Source: Macrostomum lignano (Eukaryota). Taken from it: a stretch of DNA of 31,203 bases. Both the position numbers and the translations under genes were made by a program. Shown here one piece after another: positions 15,725 through 25,141 of the stretch. Location: NCBI GenBank assembly GCA_002269645.1, contig NIVC01004925.1, positions 1 through 31,203 on the forward strand. Direction: 5' to 3'. The notes under the pieces were generated by a model. That model was not told the DNA's origin. It saw only the letters and a program-made list of their open reading frames with translations, and did not search any database. The stretch's first letter is position 1. Every line of letters starts with the position of its first letter.

Positions 15725-17088
15725 GGCGCTGCAGACTGCAGACACGAAATAAAATGAATGAATAAAATGAATGAATAAAGAAAAATGAATGAATGAATAA
15801 AATGAAATAGCCATGAAATAAAATCTTATAAGGTAGGCATCAGACAGTAGCACTAGCATTAGAAATGACCTTGCGTTCCGGTCCAGATGCAGTGGTTATA
15901 CGGACCTACTCCACAGTTAGCACTTTGCATTGTACTCTTCGTAAATCAATCAAATCGTTTTTTGTGACAATCGAGTACTTCAATGTGATTCCTATAATGA
16001 ATTTCGGGTTAACAGAGGAAGAAAAAGGAAGGAAGGACAAAATGAAGCATTTCTTCTGCTAGAGCACATACGTTTACATGTAGCTAATTGGTAGTTACAA
16101 TCAAACATAAGGATCACAGCTGAAACCTGACTAATTTATGCTATAATTAAATGAATAATTATACATTTCGATGCCAAAAAGGTGCTTACTTTTACTCATA
16201 GAATTGCTGAAGTATCTACTTGAAGTATTATATAATGATTGCACAATAACAATTTCTTGAAAATTTACTTACGAGTATTCAGGATTAATATTTACGGAAT
16301 CGATTATGAAAACTATGAATGAGACAGCCACTACAGTAAGATTGACTTTACTGTACAAAAACTCCGCTCTACAGACTCGCACTGTTTTTTTTTAATTCGT
16401 CTAACTTTGCTTGTACTTGGCAAGCTGATACGACAATCGAGTGTATGTAAGAATTGAAGCAATTCGTTTTCGTTAATATTAGCAATATTCAGTTAGGTTA
16501 GGACTAGCAATCTAGTGCCCCCTTTTCGGGGCGCCCGACTAGAAATTAAGGGACGGAAATGCCCCCACTAAGGTTTAGGTTAGGATGAGGGTTTAGGTTT
16601 TGGTTCTCAATTAGAGTCAGGAGCTGCGTGCACCCTGACGCACTTTAGACGATATAGTCACACAACCGGAGAGAGACATTACACTGCCAATTCCGTCGCC
16701 TCCTAAGGTCGGCAGTCAGTATCGGCATAGCTGCTAGTTGGGTAGTGATCATTTAGTCCCTACATCTTGCTCATATACTGGCATCACTAGACATATTCAA
16801 ATTACTAGTCAGCTGAAAAGAGTATCCTTTAACGCATCAGAAAACAGTTGAATGTCTATTCTAGGTTACATGCCAAAAATTACGATTTCCACTAATTTTT
16901 TTGTAAATTAAGCCCGTGCCCAGCTGGGGCTCGATTTTTAGCAAAAATCAAATCCACATCAATCAACAACCGTTAAAATCGTTTGACAGGGTCAAACCAG
17001 GCTTGATTCTATAAGTTTCGGCCATAGACAAATACTTTTGTCCATTTCCTACTTAGTGGAAATCGCAATTTTTGACCCAACAACAATC

Positions 17089-17931
17089 CTACAGCTGCGC
17101 AATCCGTGCGGGCACCAACATCGAGAGCACCGTTGCCATAGAGACAGCAGCGGCAGTCGCTGTTGCCGTCAATGTGGCCGCCGACGCCGCAGCCGACTGC
17201 AGCAGAGCGTCCAGACTGAAGCCGAGCGTCCAGCCCAGGTTGTCGCTGCCGCCAAGAGCTGTCACGGTGCCGCTGTCCGGCAGACCCATCTGCTCCAGCA
17301 TGGCGCTCAGCACAGACAGGTTAATGCAGTAGTAAGGCGTGTAGGGTCCTTGGTCAGGAGGGTTGCGACAGACGGCAGCCGCGTTGTCGGCAATGTCGCC
17401 AGCGCTAATTGAGTAGGCCTTGCAGTCGCCTCTTGGCTCGCTTGGACAAACGGAGTCGCTGTAGGTCACTCTCGTACCCGGCACTGGGCTCGACTTTTTC
17501 AAGTACTTCACCAGGTAGTAAATGGACGATATGGCGTAGACGGTTTTCTCACCTTTGGCGATTCCTGGTTCCGTTCTGACCTTCACCTGTTGGACCAAAT
17601 CCTTTGCTTGGGCGAAGCATTTCTTCACAGTTGCGGCTGTCGAACCGCTGGAGTTGTCGCGCTGGTTACCTTCGAGTTGAAGCGTCACGGAGCCGAAGCT
17701 GAAATTCAGCGACGCATTGGCAGCAATGCAGCTGCTGTTGTAGGCTTTCTTAGAAACTCCAGTCCCGGCCGACTTCCCGTTTCTGTAGCCAACAAAGCGT
17801 AAGACGGATTCACGAACTCCCAATCCTAAGTAGCTCCGAGCTCGGATTCGACGACCAGTCAGCGTCGCTTTTAAGGACGACGCCCGGTCGAGTGGTGCCG
17901 ACAGCTCGCCATCCGGGTATTCGTAGGCCAC
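17089..17931 (-). CDS. GDA1/CD39 NTPDase (apyrase), terminal exon
   Basis: Acceptor CACAG|GTG joins in phase 0 to give ELGGGSAQ|VAYE. Contains SYLGLG, several cysteines, ACR5 GWTLG, then an Ala/Ser/Thr spacer and a hydrophobic tail to TAG. Confidence 0.88.
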   Translation of the reverse strand: MAYEYPDGELSAPLDRASSLKATLTGRRIRARSYLGLGVRESVLRFVGYRNGKSAGTGVSKKAYNSSCIAANASLNFSFGSVTLQLEGNQRDNSSGSTAATVKKCFAQAKDLVQQVKVRTEPGIAKGEKTVYAISSIYYLVKYLKKSSPVPGTRVTYSDSVCPSEPRGDCKAYSISAGDIADNAAAVCRNPPDQGPYTPYYCINLSVLSAMLEQMGLPDSGTVTALGGSDNLGWTLGFSLDALLQSAAASAATLTATATAAAVSMATVLSMLVPARIAQL

Positions 17932-18225
17932 CTGTGCACGAATTTCGGGAGAAAGCTTAGCTGCATGGTGAAACACTTAACGTTGATTGAATTTGACTAA
18001 AAAGGCTTGGATTTTTAGTCATTTAAATAAAAATGAAAGTTAGCTTGACTCTGATATCAGGGTTTGACTCAGAATTTACGCTTTTGTAAGGTTGACGATA
18101 TAGCGTAAGTACATGTAGATATTGATCAGCAATTTCCATCTATCTTCCACTGCTGTGTTGCCATGGTAGTATTGGTTACAAAAAACTTCGAGTCAGCGAT
18201 AGCATCATCACAGGCGAGAACAAAC

Positions 18226-18744
18226 CTGCGCTGAGCCTCCGCCCAGCTCCAGCACCGGCACGGTCTCAAAGTTCGTGTTGGCCTCGTCCAGCTTGCCCAG
18301 CATGTAGTTCACCGACAGCCAGGCGAATTTGGCCTCCTCCGGTCCGCTCAGCAACTTCGCCGAGTCGATGTCGGGCGCGAGAAAGGCCGCGCTGGTGGCG
18401 AGGGTGTCCCTGACTACTCTGAGAATTCGACGCCTCGACCCGGAGTCCAACAGGCGCAGTCCGGCTGTGGCGCGCAGCGCTACGCAGGTGACGGCGCGTT
18501 GCGGCTTCGGCACATCAGCCGCCGCAGCAGCCAGCAGGGCGTTCACCTGATCGCGGCTTCTGTCTGGAAAGTGTTGAAACGCTGACAGGCCGGGCTTGCG
18601 GCTGTACCGGCGAAGTCTGAGGTGCCGCAGCTTCAGCGGTCCGTTGGGCGACTTTGGCGTTCGCTCGACAAAGAACTCGTGCAGTGCAGCTCGAGTTCCC
18701 GTGGATCCGGCGTCCAGCACAAGAAATCTGAGCGTGTCGTTCAA
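18226..18744 (-). CDS. GDA1/CD39 NTPDase (apyrase), exon carrying ACR1-ACR4; true 5' end unresolved
   Basis: ACR1 DAGSTGTR, ACR2 ATAGLRLL, ACR3 GPEEAKFAWLSVNY, ACR4 ELGGGSAQ; donor CAG|GTTTGT defines a 294-bp intron (17932-18225). The ORF-track start at 18744 is TTG, not ATG. Confidence 0.88.
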
Positions 18745-19058
18745 TTAGTGCTTCATAAAATTAGTCCCTGATCGCTGAAAAGATTTGAAATGTTTTGTTT
18801 TTTGCATTGCTTTTTTAAAATTAGACTCTTATGAAGTTTACTAGCAATCTACAACCCCCGTTGGGGAGCCAAACAAAGAATGTAATAAAATTTTTTTTTA
18901 AATAAACGACATTTAGCTTCTGAACTCAGCCTTTACATCTTATTCCCCCCAAACCTTGCAATCTCAGAAATTCTGAGGCTACGGGGGGCCTTGACATCTC
19001 AGCACTTCCCTTCGAAAGCATTGACATCTCAACAATTCTTCCCCTCTGGATTTGCTCT

Positions 19059-19486
19059 GGATTTGGTCCAACAGGTGAAGGTCAGAACGGAACCAGGAAT
19101 CGCCAAAGGTGAGAAAACCGTCTACGCCATATCGTCCATTTACTACCTGGTGAAGTACTTGAAAAAGTCGAGCCCAGTGCCGGGTACGAGAGTGACCTAC
19201 AGCGACTCCGTTTGTCCAAGCGAGCCAAGAGGCGACTGCAAGGCCTACTCAATTAGCGCTGGCGACATTGCCGACAACGCGGCTGCCGTCTGTCGCAACC
19301 CTCCTGACCAAGGACCCTACACGCCTTACTACTGCATTAACCTGTCTGTGCTGAGCGCCATGCTGGAGCAGATGGGTCTGCCGGACAGCGGCACCGTGAC
19401 AGCTCTTGGCGGCAGCGACAACCTGGGCTGGACGCTCGGCTTCAGTCTGGACGCTCTGCTGCAGTCGGCTGCAGCGTCGGCGGCCA
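19059..19486 (+). pseudogene. Inverted 428-bp copy of apyrase terminal exon segment 17175-17602
   Basis: Reverse complement of 17175-17602 with no differences seen by eye; identical peptide DLVQQVKV...QSAAASAA. Confidence 0.93.
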
Positions 19487-20209
19487 AGTCGATCTCGTAG
19501 ACTGCAACAGCAGAAACTGTGGCTTGAGGTGCTGTTGCGGATGCTGGCGAGTAGATAAGGAAGTTTCACTGCTTACCAATTTATTTTCTGGTCGTGGCTA
19601 TTTGCCCCCTAAATTAAATTAGTTCCGATGCATGCGCTTTTTTTACTCTACCTTGCTTTCTCGAGTCCAAGAAATAAACGATTTTCAACATGTTGCAGCA
19701 GCAGAAAGCTGCACTGCACTGTCATCGTAAACAGCGCCGTATGCAAAGTTGCCTAGTTGCATGATTGAGCATATAGTAGATGGTAGTACAGGTAGCTGTA
19801 ACCCGTGCAACAACCGACGTCAGTGATGTCGACGGATGTTCCCGACGGCTGGCGCTGCTTATGGGTGTCAGAAAAAGTGCATCACCCATACAGTCAATAT
19901 AGTAGCTACAAGATGAAAGCGTACAATACACGAGTGAGTGTAATATGGGGTGGGCGATCAGTAAAGAGTGAAATTGGTCCGATTAATAATTGGTGAATGT
20001 ACGTAGGAGCAAAATAAATATGCTAGCTAATTTAACGTACATGTGGCTATTGCAAACCCCATACACAAAATTACAAGCATAGACAGCTCCAGAACAATGC
20101 CTGTGAAATATATATGAGACGGACTAAGCCTACAGTCTGCGATATTTCAAAAATGCTCCACCTCTTTTAAAGCATTTATGGCTGGATGCTGCTCTAATAG
20201 CCGCCCCAG

Positions 20210-21050
20210 GGGTATACACGTCCCGCGAGTGTTCAAAGTGCATGGACCCTAGGGCCACATGGACGGACTGAATAACGGCGCCGGTCACCTTTCCGGAGCT
20301 TTGGCCTTAGTTGCTAAGGCTATCCCGGTGCGCGTACCTGTGCGTTATCAGATGTCTCTGGCTAGGGCGCTGAGGCAAAGATGTTATCCTTAGACCGTAA
20401 CAGGGTACGCAGCTAGACTGCGGGACCTGGCACTGATAATTGCTGCTCTGAAATGTCTAAGGTGGCTTGAAGGTCGTGTAGCTGAACCGGCCGCTAGTGG
20501 TTTCATTTTTTTAATTTTTCTTCTGTGACTCTGCTCATCTTTTCCCGCTTTCAGCCGTGGCTTCTACCGCCGCAAATAATCCGGGACCCCGGAAACTCTG
20601 GCAGTTGGGGCAGTTGAGCTCGACGACGAAGGCCTGACGTCCTCGCAACGTGAGGCAACAGCGACAACGCGACAGACAGGCTGCGGGCCGGCCACCTGCG
20701 GAAGTGGGACCTCGGGAGGGCGAGGCTGCTGTCGGGCCGAAAGGAACCACAGCGACCCCTGCCCCTCAGGAAACAACCCCCGCTGGTTTGCCACCCAGCA
20801 AACCTGCCATCAGCGCGGCCGTGCCTCAAAAGCCAAGCTCCAACCGGCGGTCATCGTCTTCGGGGAGGAGCAAGACCTCACTGCCGATGAGCTCGACAGT
20901 GCCTGGCGCACCATCAACGCCGCACTTATTGACCAGCTCTTTGCAGGCCGCCCCGTGAGCGTGGTCAGATCAGCAAAGACTGACGGCTAGCTGCATCTTC
21001 ATCTGGTGCAACTCGGAGGAGAGCAGCCGCAGGCCGCAGTCTACGGAGCT
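20210..21050 (+). mobile_element. Probable 5' UTR and broken ORF1 start of a LINE (DUF4780-like)
   Basis: GC-rich leader with hairpins, then PAVIVFGEEQDLTADELDSAWRTINAALIDQL and, after a frame change, CIFIWCNSEES, resembling ORF1 of Loa/Lian-like LINEs (recalled pattern, not searched). Cut abruptly at the apyrase fragment. Confidence 0.42.
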
Positions 21051-21054
21051 TCTT

Positions 21055-21862
21055 CGGACCGGAGGAGGCCAAATTCGCCTGGCTGTTGGTGAACTACATG
21101 CTGGGCAAACTGGACGAGGCCAACACGAACTTTGAGACCGTGCCGGTGCTGGAGCTGGGCGGAGGCTCAGCGCAGGTTTGATCTCGCCGTGTTCCCACCT
21201 CAGAATATCAGCACAGGCCCCGGATACCGCTTTGGTATCTCAGTGGTAACGCGCATTCAACTTTGGCACTAAAGGACATGCAGACGTATTTGTGATCCTT
21301 GGGATACAAGCCTAATGCGGGCCGACCTTTACGTCACAAAGCGTGTACACTGCTTGACGACGTGATACATGTAGTTACAGCTGCTGTAGACTCTTAGCTG
21401 GCTGCGGGTCGACTGTCGCCTTGATTTGTGGCAGGCACGTGAGGGTTCCCTGCAAACTATAATGAACTCCAGACGATGTGGGGCGCCACCCTAGCTGGCG
21501 CAGCGCCTTCTGCGATATTCCACAACCAGAGCTGAGGTTATTCTGCCCATTCCATTGATGCCGCTGGCTCACCACAGGGTTGTGCCGCTTATGATATTAT
21601 CATTGACTCTACCATGGAGCAATGGAAGATTGATTGAAAAGGCTGAACTGCAATATCTAGCTTGTACATGTACTTACGCCATAGCGTAAACCTTACAAAA
21701 GCGTAAAGTCTGAGTCAAACCCTAAAATCAGAGTCCAAGCCTTTGTAGTCACATTTAATGTTTGCACCAGCTAAGCTTTCTCCCGAAATTCGTGCAAGGT
21801 GGTCTACGAATACCCGGATGGCGAGCCGTCGGCACCACTCGACCGGGCGTCGTCCTGAAAAG
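21055..21862 (+). pseudogene. Diverged inverted partial apyrase copy (ACR3-ACR4 exon end, intron, start of terminal exon)
   Basis: 21055-21188 matches the reverse complement of 18213-18346 with a few substitutions (WLSVNY becomes WLLVNY). 21609-21862 matches the intron and exon start with indels. GT (21176) and AG (21797) are retained; about 420 bp of unrelated DNA sits in the intron. Confidence 0.88.
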
Positions 21863-23428
21863 GCTAGTGGTCAGTGACGACCCGGAAACCAGACGAACCA
21901 CTGAGGTAGTGGCGGAAGCGCACGCAGCCGAATTTGACGGCGAGGGCTTCTCTTTCCGTCTGAGAATAGCGCGTCTCCACCGCTCACAGTGCGCGGCTTG
22001 CGTAGGCGATCGGTCTCTGGCTGCTGTTGGCTCAGGATCGCTCCGAGTCCCGTTGGGCTGGCATCCACGATCACTTCTGTGCGTCTGCGCTTGTCAAAGA
22101 ATGCAAGTGAGCTGCTCGCGGACATCGAGTTCTTGATGGCGCTGAAAGCAGTCTCCTCAGCCGCTCCCCAGGACCACGGCGCATCCTTTCTGGTCAGGTC
22201 TCGCAGAGGCTTGGCCATGTCTGAAAGAGCTGAGATAAAGCGACTGACAAAAGCCACAAGGCCGAGAAAGGACCTCACTTCGGACGCGTTTTCGGTGCTC
22301 GGAAAGCTTTCACAGCGCTCACCTTCTCGTCTGTCGGCTGGATGCCCTTCTCGGACAGGCGCATAGCGAGAAACTTGGCCTCCTTGACGGCGAACTTGCA
22401 CTTTGTAGGATTTAAGCTGATGTTGTGCTCTTCTAGCCTTTGCAATGTTGCCGCTAGCCGCTGGTTGTGCTCAATGATGGAGCTTGCATAGATGATAATG
22501 TCGTAATGTACCCAGCGGACTCCTCGAAGCCCGCCGAGCACGCTGGTCATGACTCGTAGAATCTCAGACGCTGACGTAAAGCCCATGCACAGGCGCGTCA
22601 GTCTCATGATACCCTTCGGATCCGGTGGAACGCCTTGTTGATGTCCAACTCGGGGAAGTACATGTAGCGCGCACCGGCCATTTCGTCAGTGACGTCTTCA
22701 AAAGTTGGTATGGGCTGTTTCTCGGGCACTACGAACTTGTTCACATCTCGCAGATCTTGGGTAATGCGCACTTGGCCAGGCTGCGACTTCGGGACAACAA
22801 CTATTCGTGCCACCCATTCGGACGGTCCGGCCGGTCACTTTCTCGATTATTTCAGCTTGCAGTTGATCGTCGAGCTCACGCTGCGCAGCCTCCCGCAGAT
22901 ACACGGGGATACGACTTAGCGATGGCACACCGGCACGGCTCCGTCTTGCAGGTGGATGCCGACTTCAGCGTCATTGACGCACGAAATTACCAAAATCGCT
23001 GCCTGAAGGTCTTGATCGGGGACTACGACTTTAAGTTTAAGTAGTCCCCTGGTCTTGATTATGTTTGCTGAGGTGCTTGTGCTGCGGCATTGCCTGATCG
23101 TCTGCCTCCGTCGCTGTGGCCGCCAATGCAGCGCTGAGTGGCTCCTGGAGCTCACCAGAGTCTTTCTCTCAGATGACAGACGCTGGGGTTGCTTGGTCCG
23201 ATGCGTAGGATTCCTAGCTCCTCGCTGGTTTCGCGGCGCACGATCATCGTGCGGCCGTCTCCTTCTTGACGATGATGTAGCTAAAGCTGGGGCTGAACGG
23301 CGGTCCGGAGGGTGGCTTTGCCAAGAGTGGTGAGAGGTTCACTGAAGCCGAACGGGAAGACCCACTGCTTTGACTCGCGAAGGTCGTCTGCCGTGCCTCC
23401 GATGGCCTTGAATGTTTTTGAGTCCATT
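21863..23428 (-). mobile_element. Internal fragment of a second Ty3/Gypsy element B (protease end, RT, RNase H start)
   Basis: RIPVYLRE..QRELD, ARIVVVPK, DLRDVNK, ELDINKAFH, SEVRSFLGLV, VDASPTGLGAILSQ, ending at VVTDH. The RT active site reads VHYDIII instead of xxDD. Frameshifted; no gag, integrase or LTR. Confidence 0.9.
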
Positions 23429-23786
23429 AGATTGCAGCTTAATAATAAATTGGCAGTTGTTATTGTTACAGTGATCGTATAAATAACAAAACTGTTAGGC
23501 CCAATTTTTACGGTTAACGCATAAGACACTATGCGGGCCTATGGTCTTTACTTAATGTAACCGTATAAATAGTGTAAAAGGTGTCTAAATCGCCGGTTTT
23601 ACGACGTCGTTAGTAAATGTGCTTTACTACTCCCAACGTTGGAACACCAATTGTAAAAGATTCGAACTTCTAGCGACTTCACGATGTTAATTATGAATTT
23701 AGCTGCGAACTGACTATCGACGCTAAACTGGCTACTGCTGGCTAGTAGTCTACAGCGAACATAAAAACCTAGCGAGGAACTCAGAC

Positions 23787-23961
23787 GGGCCTCTTGGCGC
23801 GAGTGACCTATAATTTCTATGGGCCTCTTGGTTGCGGAAATAGAACTTCTCCTATGGGCCTCTTGGTTACTAGCGTCTTTGTTCTCCGGTAGACTCTGAC
23901 TCACTGGCACTTTAAGACTACTATGACTCAGCGTCTGACCTAGTCCAGATGGGTCTCTTGG
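23787..23961. repeat. Four copies of GGG(C/T)CTCTTGG
   Basis: Copies at 23787, 23821, 23856 and 23951, the first three 34-35 bp apart; two TGACTCA sites lie between the third and fourth. Confidence 0.7.
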
Positions 23962-24468
23962 TATCGAACTCTTAGTGAGCAGAGTGATTATTCCCTCTAT
24001 TCCCGAGCGACAAGAGTTCTCGAATACTCCTAACTTATGGTAGCTTTCAGATATGTGGCCTAAGGCAATACTGCTTATCTTGCATCAGCCGAAGAGCGGT
24101 ACCCTGAGATGGTCTGATAGAGTAATGCCACTAATTTCTTGATAAATTACGTTCCCCAATGTATCGATATTCAGTTTCAATCCCAAAACTATTATTGTCA
24201 CGAAAGGTAGGTCGCTGCCACCAATCGAAGCTATGATTAAATTGACTGAGACAAAAACCGCTATCAAAGAAGATTTGAATATTAGAGCTAACACTCAAGC
24301 TGGATAAATAGAACTTAATGAACTTGGCAATTGTAATAATAATTATTAAACGATAAGTTAGCAAGTTGGAAACTAACGCAACAGCAAACAATAATAATCA
24401 AACTTAACAATAATAATTAATAAAACACAAATATAAGCTCGGCCTCCTGTGTCCTTACTAACACAGTA

Positions 24469-25141
24469 TGTTAGAGCTAAGATTTAGTTTGCTAAGCTAA
24501 CTATAAGTACTTACCCGCATAGCAAAATTACGTATCCAATAGAAAGTGACGTCTCCGATACGCAACTTTTTTGGTTGCAGGAACGTCCTTGATACGTATC
24601 CAATTTTTATGATCCTCTAAAGAAGCTACAAGAAGCTACAAAATGGTGGAATAAGTAATCAATAAAATTACAAGCAGTATCTGTTCACCATTTTTGTAGA
24701 AACGAACTTCTTTAGAGGATCATAAAAATTGGATACGTATCAAGGACGTTCCTGCAACCAAAAAAGTTGCGTATCGGAGACGTCCCACTTTCTATTGGAT
24801 ACGTAATTTTGCTATGCGGGTTAGGAGCAGCGCTCAACCAAGACTTGACATTTACTAATAACTAGCCATGAACTATTAGATTAACAGGCAAACTGGGCCG
24901 ATCTTACAAGTCAATAACTATCGGGAGCACACAGTCCGGGCTAAGTTGCAACTCAGGCCAGAGCAAAGGGCCAACGGCAAAAACAAACGAGCCCGATTCG
25001 AAATGGTGCGCACGGTATTTATATACTTGCAGAATGAGTGCATTAAAACAACTGGTGGGCCTCCTGGCACAAAATACGTTAACCTAATCGTTTTCGCATG
25101 TGCAAGAGCTTTCAGTGAATTAATAGCGCACGTTAGTAACA
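24469..25141 (-). mobile_element. Possible LTR (about 363 bp net) interrupted by MITE 3
   Basis: TGTTA...TAACA ends, TATATAAATA on the minus strand at 25016-25025, and a short purine run AAAGGG before the minus-strand TG. No TSD, so only a tentative 3' LTR. Confidence 0.35.
24514..24820. mobile_element. Young MITE 3 with about 112-bp TIRs and TTA TSD (PIF/Harbinger-like)
   Basis: 24514-24625 is the reverse complement of 24707-24820 apart from a 2-bp indel; termini CCCGCATAGC / GCTATGCGGG; TTA at 24511-24513 and 24821-24823. Confidence 0.88.

Noticed and set aside
15145-15765. His-rich or Leu-rich ORFs (HHYHSFW, APLSLIL)
   Set aside because: These are translations of the 20/21-bp minisatellite, open in three frames, with no unique coding flanks.
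16570-16602. Telomere-like GGTTTAGGTTAGG…GGGTTTAGG
   Set aside because: Only a few degenerate units; more likely a fragment of a common repeat than an interstitial telomere.
18991-19500. 169-aa plus-strand ORF as an independent gene
   Set aside because: It is the inverted apyrase fragment with chance flanking codons and a TTG start; it lacks ACR1-ACR4.
20630-20660. ACGTCCTCGCAACGT as the P3/L3 core of an HDV-like ribozyme
   Set aside because: The loop is two nucleotides too long, and I found no upstream P1 partner or J4/2 plus P2 arrangement.
21225-21260. tRNA-like A-box sequence TATCTCAGTGGTAACGCG
   Set aside because: No B box or cloverleaf follows.
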